Positions 32,101 through 39,581 of a DNA stretch of 64,000 bases are shown one piece after another. The notes beneath the pieces were generated by a model. It made no database searches and had not been told where the DNA came from. It was given only the letters and a program-made list of their open reading frames with translations. The position numbers and the translations under genes were made by a program. The DNA comes from an uncultured Sphingomonas sp. Lineage in GTDB: Bacteria > Pseudomonadota > Alphaproteobacteria > Sphingomonadales > Sphingomonadaceae. The stretch spans positions 131 to 64,130 of the forward strand of contig CAJYRU010000185.1 of NCBI GenBank assembly GCA_913777295.1. Reading direction: 5' to 3'. The first letter of the stretch is position 1. The number at the start of each line of letters is the position of its first letter.

Positions 32101-32889
32101 CAACGTGTTTTCGAAATGGACGTTATAGGCGCCGCCCTCGGTCGCGAAGCCGTCGCCGTTCCAGAAGCTGCCCGACAGCCGGTCCTCGGCGTTGCGCATG
32201 CTCGAATTGCGGATGACGATATCGTGAGCGGTGCCCTCGATATGGATGCCGATCGCGAAGGCGGCGCCGGTTTCGTCCTGCCGCTGGCTGTCGCCATGCA
32301 CATTCTCGATCAGCACGTCGGATGTGTCGTAGCCGAGACGGATCACGCCGCGCGAGAAGCCGTCGACCTGCACGTTGCGGATGGTCAGGCCGGTGATCGT
32401 CGCGGTGACATTCGGCGAGGTAACGAAATTCTCGAAGAAACGCTGGACGTTGGTCGCGTCGATATCTTCGATCACGAGGTTGCGGATGTCGCCGCCGACG
32501 CGGAACGCGCCATAGCCGATATTGGTGAAGCTGAGATCGCGGAACGTAAGATTGTCTGCGCCGTTAACCAGACGGAACACCTGTTCGCCGACGAAACCGT
32601 CGGGATCGAACGGATCGGGCCGGGTGCCGACGATGCTGGCGCGCATCGGGTTGCCGTTGCTGTCGATCCCGCGAATGACGACGGGATGGCCGTCCTCGCC
32701 ACCGCCGCCGACGATGATGATGGCCGCGCCGGTGAGGTCGTAATTGCCCTTGTCGGCGAGCAACAGCACCTCGTCATCGGGCGCCGCGTTGCTGATCATC
32801 GATCCGATGACGCTGAACGGTGCCGCGTTCTCCACGCTGCTGCCATCGCCAAGACCGGAACCCAGAGGGGAAATGTAAAACTTACTCAC
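26200..32889 (-). CDS. Giant RTX (Ca-binding) T1SS substrate, 2229 aa: N-terminal beta-helix domain, RTX-rich repeats, two Ig-like domains, duplicated C-terminal module
   Basis: Many GGxGxDxL nonapeptides; 11 D(T)ADYS...GGDAEGD...IG(S/T)AFAD modules; no Sec signal peptide; adjacent T1SS genes. Confidence 0.92.
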   Translation of the reverse strand: MSKFYISPLGSGLGDGSSVENAAPFSVIGSMISNAAPDDEVLLLADKGNYDLTGAAIIIVGGGGEDGHPVVIRGIDSNGNPMRASIVGTRPDPFDPDGFVGEQVFRLVNGADNLTFRDLSFTNIGYGAFRVGGDIRNLVIEDIDATNVQRFFENFVTSPNVTATITGLTIRNVQVDGFSRGVIRLGYDTSDVLIENVHGDSQRQDETGAAFAIGIHIEGTAHDIVIRNSSMRNAEDRLSGSFWNGDGFATEGGAYNVHFENTLASGNVDAGFDIKSATTTFDNTVAHDNGRGYRLWATDTVLTDITSVDPYLRGGNSSQNHIWFNRGAAATIIRPALSDNVSTTAISLTEGSATANVYGLIAMIGANATLYRVLSKSVFNADGVSSGTAVASGVSFADSEIGVAAFADGDAPHLIVGSSHDDVIRGGTGSDVLIGGDGFDRLIGGAGNDLLIGGGGGDVLLGGDGFDILDYSSSSAGIRIDLRETVGSGGDADQDLFDSIEGVIGSAFADVLIGDRGGNLLNGGAGDDVIDGGAGDDILNGGSGADILRGGAGFDIADYSGGSAAVTVNLQTGTGTGGDAAGDTLSGIEGVIGTAFDDTLIAAVSGSLLAGGAGADRLVGSTGIDTADYSASANGVSVDLSTGRGTGGDAEGDILSDIDRVIGSAQADILTGGAGNDVLIGGGGADRLNGGAGIDTADYSASRQAVRIDLAAGTGSGGDAEGDTLASIESVEGTAFADVLAGSAGSDILSGGAGDDVLIGRGGGDLLIGGAGFDTVSYADATQGVTLDLVNGTAAGDATGDVLVDVEAVLGSAYADRLFAGGLVRQLDGGAGDDLLVGSAGDDRLIGGQGADQIDGGVGFDTADYSASAQGVTVNLATGNGSAGDALGDRLTSIERLVGSNFADVLTGDGRGTFLVGGAGADTLIGTSVLDRADYSASAAGVVVDLAAGTGSGGDAEGDRLIGVGAIRGTAFADRLTGDGRDNHIMGGAGADILAGGAGFDTVDYSDYVTTTATGLTVNLATGTASDGDTLSGFEAVIGTAYADTLTGDANANRLEGGDGNDVLNGGGGADVMIGGNGNDTYTVDNVGDVVIETADGGDDRVNTSIGRYTLGLGVESLGYTGGGTFVGTGNELDNVFYGSSGSETWYGLDGNDKFQGSLGADTFYGGAGINSADYSKSKAAITLNLVTNVNLGGDAEGDRLYDVRTIIGSNYDDTMTGDDGDNLIYGRTGVDRLYGGGGADRMDGGAGADFLYGGTGDDLYIVDDQGDQVIELLGEGFDRVLTTLSSYVLPDHVEALTGNATIRFTGTGNALNNVITGNTNVDTLYGMDGDDVLIGLGGGDILDGGEGSDTVSYADNVVGVRINLTTGEAAGGDAQGDVFRSIENVIGTSFADVLTGDAGANRLSGGAGKDILNGGEGDDYLDGGSGADIMDGGAGDDTYVVDNGGDQVIDSAGNDTVRTGMSAYTLTAGLENLVSTGVLSFTGTGNAAANIIVGGMASDMLSGLDGDDTLEGGAGADLIDGGTGFDIASYAGSTAGVTVDLGQRIARGGDAEGDVLSGIEGLTGSAFADTLTGDAGANRLSGGGGSDRIDGGGGIDTMVMSGARSDYAFRSIDGVLHVIDLRAGSPDGNDSFVNIERIEFARGNGVPAGAVIGTVANDTLNGTDAADTFFVDTATGIAGGNDQIRNFGAGDRLVTTSALAGANASGVIRVNASDRFVLSATEDAPAGSTGTLKLFSPGTGKLVPTIKLIGSETRDGVTYYVYAAATDDKADAKLDLGRSAAPTVTMTQSGGTLSTLAATTLVTLTFDRAPSGLTIDDLVANHGTVSNLTVSATNPLVYTVAFTAANGYAGTGGIAIAAGRFTGDDGVANMAGASISLSIDTAAPTVEITSNTAQLGHGQQAKLTLTFSEAPVGLTTADLAASSGTLTDLVATTDNRVYQVTYTPGEGVLDPTMKVTIAAQSYTDAVGNAGAGNSVTLAVDTASAVYSGTTGSDRFTAGSDANWTIDGNGGADILSGRGGADLIRGGEGDDQLYGGGSNDVLNGGSGIDVALFGGARSDYAFAFNNGVLEIRDLRAGSPEGTDRLIDIEQLSFAGKSGAPVGSLVGTYANDTMVGTAAADTFFFDTATGLAGGSDQVRNFGAGDRIVMTSALYDDNADGRIRSNASDRFNLPGVTGDPMESTGMLKVTGASGGIVSNLQLIEEVVHDGIHYYVYGMAGDTTVHSDLLFG
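28170..31510 (-). repeat. Intragenic tandem RTX-associated modules (about 11 copies)
   Basis: Recurring [49 protein letters not shown]; boundaries approximate. Confidence 0.85.
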
Positions 32890-33155
32890 CGCGAGAGCCT
32901 AATCTATGCCGTTCCGGTGGACGGCAGAACCGGATCTGAACTACGGGAAAATCCGTACATGACAACAGCCGCACGGCCATTCGTGATTACATGCACTTAT
33001 CGGAAATCACCGGCCGTAACCACGTGATATTTCTTGGATAAATCCCCTTGTGGCACGCCCAACGCTTAACGCCTACCCTTGGTTCCAGCACAAGGGGTTA
33101 ACGTGATGATTTTGCTCGTTAACCATCTTTTGGACCGCATTCGACGGAGCATCGT

Positions 33156-34052
33156 ATGACCATCCGGCCAATCCTGTTCCCCGCCTGCCTGGGTATCGGC
33201 ATCGCCATGTCCGCCTGTGCGCCCGCCCAAACCCCCTCCCCCACCCAGGCGCAGCCGAGCGCGATCCCCTCCGCCCGGGGCTGGCGCCCGTCGGGTGTGG
33301 TCGATGCGCCGGGCCAGAACGGTGCTGCACTGATCGAGGGACGTGTCGCCGCGACGACGATCGGGCCGGCCGTCGTCCGGCGGGCCTATCGCGCGATCGA
33401 AAGTCGCCCCGATTCGGTGCTGGAAAAGGCGACCATCGCCGGAATCGTCGCCACCGACCTCCAGCGCGACGGCATCCGCCTGCGCACGGCGAACGACGTC
33501 GTCATCCGCGATTTCGACCTGACGATGCGCGCCCAGCCGCAGCGCGGCAAGCATCTGCCCGAAGGGATCGCGATCACCGCCGGTCGCAACATCGTCATCC
33601 GCGACGGTCGGGTGCGCGGCTTCCGCATGGTGCAGGGCAAGGGATATACCAATGGCGACGGCATCGCGACCGAGGGCGAGACCCAGGGACGGATGCTGAA
33701 CGTCACCGCCAGCGGCAACAGCGATGGCGGGTTCGATATCAAAGGCGACTGGCGGCTGGACGATCTGGTCGCCGAACGCAATGCCCGCGACTACCGGCTG
33801 TGGAACACGGTTTCAGCCGGCACACTGACCGCCAGGGGTTGGACCAGTGCCGCCGTCTGGGTGGGCAAGGGCGGGCGCGTGCGGATCGACCATCTGATCG
33901 CCAGCAACACCACCCTCGCCCCGTTGCTCATCGTCGCCGGCGGGACCGATGTCACCATCGTCCGCTGCACCCTTTCACGACCGGCCGGGGCGCAGGTCGT
34001 CAAGTCCGAGGGGTCGAACAACAAGGTGACGCTCGGACCCGGTTGCCAATGA
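33156..34052 (+). CDS. Lipoprotein with right-handed beta-helix domain, related to the RTX N-terminal domain
   Basis: Lipobox MSAC; YTNGDGIATE...SGNSDGGFDIK...RNARDYRLW. Confidence 0.82.
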   Translation: MTIRPILFPACLGIGIAMSACAPAQTPSPTQAQPSAIPSARGWRPSGVVDAPGQNGAALIEGRVAATTIGPAVVRRAYRAIESRPDSVLEKATIAGIVATDLQRDGIRLRTANDVVIRDFDLTMRAQPQRGKHLPEGIAITAGRNIVIRDGRVRGFRMVQGKGYTNGDGIATEGETQGRMLNVTASGNSDGGFDIKGDWRLDDLVAERNARDYRLWNTVSAGTLTARGWTSAAVWVGKGGRVRIDHLIASNTTLAPLLIVAGGTDVTIVRCTLSRPAGAQVVKSEGSNNKVTLGPGCQ

Positions 34053-34078
34053 TAACGAACCCATTTGGATAATGTATG

Positions 34079-34126
34079 TTGACATTTTGTTCCTATTTTG
34101 TTTTACGAACGCCTTCTAACCGGAGG
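34079..34126 (+). promoter_or_regulatory. Sigma70-type -35 element overlapped by an alphaproteobacterial LexA-like box, followed by an RBS
   Basis: TTGACA 34079-34084; GTTC-CTATTTT-GTTT 34089-34103 (consensus GTTC-N7-GTTC); GGAGG 34122-34126. Confidence 0.65.
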
Positions 34127-34134
34127 GTGTGACC

Positions 34135-34401
34135 ATGCAGGATATGTTCCGTGACAGCAACGACACGACGATCAGCCCGGCGCGCTCCGCCGTGCCGGTC
34201 GTGCCCAGCGACGCGGCAGCGCTGCCGCGCCTGCCCAAAGCGCTGTATGTCGGTTCGGCGGGAAACATCGCGTTGCGCTGTGTCGACGACCAGCAGGACG
34301 TCGTGTTTCAGAATGTGGCTGCGGGCACCATCCTGCCAGTGCGCGCCGCCTTTGTCCGCGCGGCGGGCACCACTGCGACCCAGATCGTGGCGTTCTGCTG
34401 A
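34135..34401 (+). CDS. GTA/phage head-spike base protein (Rcc01079/GhsA-like)
   Basis: 88 aa; PARSAVPVVPSDAAALP...ALYVGSAGNIAL...VVFQNVAAGTILPVRA.FV.AAGTTA.QIVAF pattern. Confidence 0.8.
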   Translation: MQDMFRDSNDTTISPARSAVPVVPSDAAALPRLPKALYVGSAGNIALRCVDDQQDVVFQNVAAGTILPVRAAFVRAAGTTATQIVAFC

Positions 34402-35702
34402 TGCTGGGCCTCTCGCTTACCGCCTGCGCGCGGATGCCGCGCCGCGGCCCGCCACGGCGGGCCGTCTCGGCCGGCAGCGCCGTGCCGACCGGCATCCAGC
34501 AACTCGATGCGCAGACGACGCTGGTGCGCATCCGCACCCGCCATGCCATCCTGGCCGACACCCGCCGGTTGCGGGCGGTGTTCGCGCTGTTCCACGTCAA
34601 TGACGACGGCGTCGAGGTTGCGACGCCGATCCCGGCGGGAACGACGCTCGCCGTCTCGTTCGAACTCGCCGCCGCCCGGGGCGCAGCCGACCGGACGCTG
34701 GCGCGAGCCACGTTCGGGGCGCAGTCGATGCTGGCATCGTCGGCCGGCGACGTCGCGGAAACCGATCCGCTGGACCTGGCCACCGCATTCGGCGGCGATA
34801 TCAATGGCGTCGGACCGGGCGACACGGTCTGGATCAAGCAGGAATGGCGCTTTCCGGCCGGCGCAGCCACGCTGCCGATCACCGATTCGAGCGGCAGTTC
34901 CACCGGCGTCGCGGGCGAAGGCTGCTTCTATGGCGGGACGGGTTCGGTGGATGTGCCCGGCAGCCTAGCGACCCAGGGCGGCACCCCGCGCCTGAACCGC
35001 CTGCTGCGCCCGTTCCTCGTCCTGGGCGAACATCGCGAGGTTGCGGTCGCCGGCATCGGCGACAGCATCACCTTCGGCAAGGGAGCGGCCAATCCGGCGG
35101 GCGACGGCAGCAACGCGACCAATGGCGGCTGGTTCGCGATGGCCGCCTACGCCGCGGGGCGTCCGCACACCAAGCTGGCCAAGCCGGGGGATCGCGCCGC
35201 CTTCTGGACCGCCGCGAACGCCGGCCGCCGGATCGCTGCGGCGGCAGCCTTCCACAGCCACGCCCTGATCGCGCTCGGCACCAACGATCTTGCGGACAAT
35301 GACGACCAGAGCGCGGCGCTGCTCGCCGCGCATCGGGCGCTGCGCGGCCAGCTGAAGGCGGCCAATCCCCGGCTCGTCCTGCATGCCGGGCAGGTGCCGC
35401 TGCGGATCAGTAGCAGCAGCGACAACTATACGACGCTGTCGGGACAGCGGCCGACGCCGGGCTATGCCACCACCGATAGCGAACGCCGCACCGCCAATGA
35501 CGGCCTGCGCCAGTCCGTGGGCAGCGATCTGGACGGGGTGTTCGACCTCAACCCGGCGATGGCGGATGTCGAGCAGACGGACCGGTGGAAGGTGAACGGG
35601 ACGGCCAACTGGTTCACCAGCGACGGGACCCATCCCAGCCAAGCGTGCGCGGTCGAGATGGCGGCGATCGCACGGCCGCTGCTGGAAGCGATGCGCCCCT
35701 GA
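34401..35702 (+). CDS. Putative head-spike partner (GhsB-like N-terminal anchor peptide) with C-terminal SGNH/GDSL hydrolase
   Basis: TGATG coupling to the upstream gene; N-terminus MLGLSLTA; GIGDSITFG, ALGTND, DGTHP. Confidence 0.75.
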   Translation: MLGLSLTACARMPRRGPPRRAVSAGSAVPTGIQQLDAQTTLVRIRTRHAILADTRRLRAVFALFHVNDDGVEVATPIPAGTTLAVSFELAAARGAADRTLARATFGAQSMLASSAGDVAETDPLDLATAFGGDINGVGPGDTVWIKQEWRFPAGAATLPITDSSGSSTGVAGEGCFYGGTGSVDVPGSLATQGGTPRLNRLLRPFLVLGEHREVAVAGIGDSITFGKGAANPAGDGSNATNGGWFAMAAYAAGRPHTKLAKPGDRAAFWTAANAGRRIAAAAAFHSHALIALGTNDLADNDDQSAALLAAHRALRGQLKAANPRLVLHAGQVPLRISSSSDNYTTLSGQRPTPGYATTDSERRTANDGLRQSVGSDLDGVFDLNPAMADVEQTDRWKVNGTANWFTSDGTHPSQACAVEMAAIARPLLEAMRP

Positions 35703-35773
35703 CAGAAAGGGCGATGGTCAACCTTCCGCTAACTACTCTGCGTTAGGGCGGAGCCTTATCTCGAGGGCCTGCC

Positions 35774-36118
35774 ATGCAACTGACTGAAACCCGACGCCCG
35801 GACGCCGACGCGGTAATGGAAACCGCAGCACGGGCGATGCAGGCCCTGACCGAGGCGACGCAGGGCAAGGACGTTGCCGCATCGGCGGGAACGACCGTGA
35901 GTACGCTGCGGCAGTTGAACGACCTGATCGGATCGCTGACCGCGCAACTGACCGTCAGCATCGCGATCCAGCGCGAACAGACCCAGGCGCTCGACCGTAT
36001 CGCGAGCCTGAAAATCCGCTCGGCACAACAGCGTTTCGAAAGCGGCGACTGGAAATCGGTCACGGCCGAGCTGCAGTCGATCGCGACCGACATGCTCGGG
36101 CGCAGCCGGACGCGGTGA
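35774..36118 (+). CDS. Hypothetical helical/coiled-coil protein
   Basis: 114-aa ORF with GAGGG RBS; heptad-like composition. Confidence 0.6.
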   Translation: MQLTETRRPDADAVMETAARAMQALTEATQGKDVAASAGTTVSTLRQLNDLIGSLTAQLTVSIAIQREQTQALDRIASLKIRSAQQRFESGDWKSVTAELQSIATDMLGRSRTR

Positions 36119-36163
36119 GCGGCGACGGGTGCCGACGCGAACCGCGCCGGCACCCGCCTTCGT

Positions 36164-38398
36164 TCAGGCGAACAGGCCCGTATCGACGAGGTGGCTGTCG
36201 AACGTCAGCGACGCCCCGGCAACCTGATCGCCGACTTGGCCATATACGTAATAGGTGTGGCCATGTTCGACATAGGTATCGAGCAGCGCGATCGTCGAGA
36301 CGGCCTTGCCGTTCTGGTGGAAGATCTTCAACGTACCGCTGCTGGTGGTTTCGCTGGGATCCGCGGTCGGCAAGAGGAGGCGGTCGCTCGCATTCGCCTT
36401 GATCCGCCCGTCATTGTTACCGTCGAAAATCGCGCTCGTCGTGACGATGCGGTCACCGCTCGAGAAGTTGCGGATCGAGTCGTTGCCGAACGAGGCGCCG
36501 CTAGCCGTGTCGAAGAAGAACACGTCCTTGCTGGCGGTTCCCGTCATCTGGTCGTTGCCGGAGGACGAGACGATCGCACCGCTGGGCGCCACGTCGTACA
36601 CCAGCACGGGTGCGGGGGTCGGCGCCGGGGCCTGAACCGCTTCGGCGACCGGAGGTGCCGTCACCGGCGCCGACGCCACCGGGGCGGGTGCGGCGACATG
36701 GTCGACGACGGCTTCCGGGAGCGTCACGGTGACCGGGCCACCCTCGTTGCCGTGCGTCACGTCGTTCGGCGGCAGCAGCTTCGCCGCGAGCACGTCGGCC
36801 AGGTCGACGCCGTTCTTCAGCAGCGATTCGACGACGGTCGTGCTGCCCGTCGCGTCCACCGTGCCGTAGACATATTTGATGACGCCATCGACGTTGATCG
36901 TGTCGAGCAGCTCCATCTTCGAGATCACCTTGCCGTTGGTGCCGAACACCTTGACGTTGGTGCCGCCGTCGACGCTCACGAACTGGTCGCTGCGATTGGC
37001 GGAGAGCTGCGGACCCCGGTCGCGGTCGACCAGCAGCGACGTGGTGACGATCCGGTCTTCCGACCCGAAGTTGCGGATGGTGTCCGCCCCCAGCACCGCA
37101 CCGTTCGACGTGTCGAAGAAGAAGGTGTCGACGGTCTTGCCGCCGTACAGGACTTCGTTGCCGACGACCGCCTTGGCAAAGACGTTCGCGTCGGCGGTGC
37201 CGTAGGTGACGTTGCCCGGCTGCCATCCGATCGACGCGCCGAGGACCCCAGCGACATTGGCGACCTTCAGCGCCGAGGACTCGACCACCGACGCCGGATT
37301 GGCAACGTTCAAGACCTGCGCGCCGGCGGCATGGACGATCGCCGTGCCCTTGATGGTTAGCGTGCCGCCCTCGATCTTGATGACGGTCGTGGCGTTCGAT
37401 GCATCGGTGAAGGTACCGCCAATGATTTTGGCGGCGCCCGAGTTCATGACTTGGACGTGGAGCTGTTCGCCGCTGCCGCCGCGCATGTTCGGGTTCTTGC
37501 TGATCGGGTTGATGAGCGTTTCATCGCCCCACAGGCGGAAGTTCTTCTTATTGTCTTCGGCGACCGCGTTGACCAGGATCGTGGAAGACGATTTAAGATC
37601 ATAGCCCGCATCGGTGTTGCCATAGGCGCGGGTATCCTCGAACCTCACATCGTACACGCCGCCTTCGGTCGCGAAGCCGTCACCGTTCCAGTAATAGCTG
37701 GTGGTGTCGGTGATGTTGCCCATCGAGCTGTCCTTGATCAGGACTCCGTGGACCGTACCGTCGAGATGGACGCCGATCGCGAAGTTCGCGCCATCCAGAT
37801 TGCCCGAATTGCCGTGGACATCGCGGATGACGACGCTGTTCGTGTCATATTGCAGCCGGACGACGCCCTTCGAAAAGTTGGTGACGTCGACATTCTCGAT
37901 CGTCAGCCCGCTGATCGACGCGGTCTTGTACTTGCCGCCGGCCAGATCATCGAAGAACCGTTCGACGTTGTTCGCCGACATGTCCTTGACGGTGATGTTC
38001 GACAGGTCGCTGATGACGTGGAAGGCGTTCTTGACGTTGTTGAACTCCATGTTCTCGAACGTCAGGTTACTGCCGTTTCCGCTGATGCGGAAGATTTCGT
38101 TTCCGGCTGGGTTCAGTGGATCCCAGCTGGTCGGGCGCGTACCGTTGATGACGACGTTCTTTTCGGTCCCGTCAAGCGCAACGCCCTTGATCGTGACCGG
38201 AGCGCCGGCGGCACCTCCGCTGCTGATGGTAATGGATCCGGTCAGGTCGTACGGCCCCGCATCGGCCAGCAGCAAGACGTTGCCACCGGGACCGGCGGCC
38301 TTTACCATCTTGTCCAACGACGTGATCGGGGCGGCATTGGCCCAATCCGATCCGGAAAAGTTTCCCGACCCGGTCGGGGACACATAGACGTTGGGAAT
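36164..38398 (-). CDS. Secreted beta-helix protein paralogous to the RTX giant, ~744 aa, apparent ATT start
   Basis: AAGGAG RBS 7 nt before ATT-CCC-AAC-GTC-TAT; YVSPTGSG aligns with YISPLGSG; [10 protein letters not shown]...GNTDAGYDLK; two FFFDT...IRNF..GDRIVTTS modules. Confidence 0.82.
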   Translation of the reverse strand: MPNVYVSPTGSGNFSGSDWANAAPITSLDKMVKAAGPGGNVLLLADAGPYDLTGSITISSGGAAGAPVTIKGVALDGTEKNVVINGTRPTSWDPLNPAGNEIFRISGNGSNLTFENMEFNNVKNAFHVISDLSNITVKDMSANNVERFFDDLAGGKYKTASISGLTIENVDVTNFSKGVVRLQYDTNSVVIRDVHGNSGNLDGANFAIGVHLDGTVHGVLIKDSSMGNITDTTSYYWNGDGFATEGGVYDVRFEDTRAYGNTDAGYDLKSSSTILVNAVAEDNKKNFRLWGDETLINPISKNPNMRGGSGEQLHVQVMNSGAAKIIGGTFTDASNATTVIKIEGGTLTIKGTAIVHAAGAQVLNVANPASVVESSALKVANVAGVLGASIGWQPGNVTYGTADANVFAKAVVGNEVLYGGKTVDTFFFDTSNGAVLGADTIRNFGSEDRIVTTSLLVDRDRGPQLSANRSDQFVSVDGGTNVKVFGTNGKVISKMELLDTINVDGVIKYVYGTVDATGSTTVVESLLKNGVDLADVLAAKLLPPNDVTHGNEGGPVTVTLPEAVVDHVAAPAPVASAPVTAPPVAEAVQAPAPTPAPVLVYDVAPSGAIVSSSGNDQMTGTASKDVFFFDTASGASFGNDSIRNFSSGDRIVTTSAIFDGNNDGRIKANASDRLLLPTADPSETTSSGTLKIFHQNGKAVSTIALLDTYVEHGHTYYVYGQVGDQVAGASLTFDSHLVDTGLFA

Positions 38399-38518
38399 TG
38401 CTCTTCTCCTTGTACATGATCGACAATCAACAAGGATTGACGGGCATGGCCGTTTTAGAGCGCGAACAATTAAGTCGGTTCGGAAGAGACTGGGAAATGA
38501 CCCGTTTACCAACAAATC

Positions 38519-39478
38519 ATGACTGAACACCGGGGCTCGTTGCGAATTGGCCACGGTGTCGCATGGTTGGTGGCGGCGGCCGCGGTCGCGGCGACAACGG
38601 GCCGCTGGATTCCGGCGTTCGATGTCCTGAACAGCATCGCTCCGGTCACGTTCGTCGCAGCGGCGGCGACGGTCGCGGCGGCGCTGTGGCGGCGGCGGCC
38701 GGGGATGGCCGGCCCGGCGCTGGTCGCGCTGGCGCTCTGCGCAATCCCGATCCTGTACGAGACGACGCGGTCGATTCCCACCGCGCCGGCCGGCCCCGCC
38801 GGCGTCACGATCGTCACCCACAATGTCCGGTTCGACAATGCCGATCCCAGCGCCACCGCCACGATCGTCGCCGCCGGGAATCCCGACGTTATCCTGTTGC
38901 AGGAAACCGATCGGCACGACTGGGGGGCGCAGTTCAGCGAGGTGCGCTATCCCTATCGCAGCGCTTGTCGTGAGGCGGGCTGTTCGCTGCTGATCCTGTC
39001 GCGCTGGCCGATCATCGCGTCACGCTATCGCATCCGCGACCCGGCCAGCGGCGAACAGGTCGGCCCGCGCCTCGTTTGGGCGACGATCGCCCCGCCGGGC
39101 CTGCCGCGGTTCGATGTCGCCACGCTGCACCTCGACTGGCCCGGTCCGGCGCAGCGGCGCCAGCGGGACGACCTCGCCCAGTCGATCGGCGGGCTGGACC
39201 TCGCCCGGCTCGTGCTGGCCGGCGATTTTAACCTGACGCCCTGGTCCTGGGCGATGCGCCGGAGTGATGCCGACCTCGCCCCGCTGACCCGCGTCACCCG
39301 TGCCACATGGTCCTATCCCGCGCGAATCGGGTCGGGCACGCCGCTGCCGCTGCCACTGTTGCCGATCGACCAGTTGTTGGCCGGGCCGGAATGGACGCTG
39401 GTCGGCGTCGACCGGCTGGCGCGGACCGGCAGCGATCATTATCCGGTCCGTGTCCGGCTGGTCTCGCGAAGCCGCTGA
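38519..39478 (+). CDS. Endonuclease/exonuclease/phosphatase (EEP) family membrane protein
   Basis: N-terminal TMs; THNV, PDVILLQE, LAGDFN, PIDQ, GSDHYPV. Confidence 0.88.
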   Translation: MTEHRGSLRIGHGVAWLVAAAAVAATTGRWIPAFDVLNSIAPVTFVAAAATVAAALWRRRPGMAGPALVALALCAIPILYETTRSIPTAPAGPAGVTIVTHNVRFDNADPSATATIVAAGNPDVILLQETDRHDWGAQFSEVRYPYRSACREAGCSLLILSRWPIIASRYRIRDPASGEQVGPRLVWATIAPPGLPRFDVATLHLDWPGPAQRRQRDDLAQSIGGLDLARLVLAGDFNLTPWSWAMRRSDADLAPLTRVTRATWSYPARIGSGTPLPLPLLPIDQLLAGPEWTLVGVDRLARTGSDHYPVRVRLVSRSR

Positions 39479-39581
39479 CGGTGCTTGCGGGCCATTGCCG
39501 CTGGCAACGTTTACTATAAAGGGGCGCTGATCCCGGGTCGGGACGTTGCGATACTTGGCGCTCCGGGGGGCGTTTCCAGAC

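Noticed and set aside
26293-33027. Very long plus-strand ORFs (1167 aa and 1029 aa)
   Set aside because: Antisense shadows of the GC-biased RTX gene; no recognisable motifs.
34135-35702. Prophage remnant
   Set aside because: No integrase, capsid, terminase or tail genes and no decay; both ORFs are intact with promoter and RBS.
38399-38917. N-terminal extension of the 917-aa ORF
   Set aside because: Overlaps the EEP gene antisense; the RBS and paralog alignment place the start at 38398.
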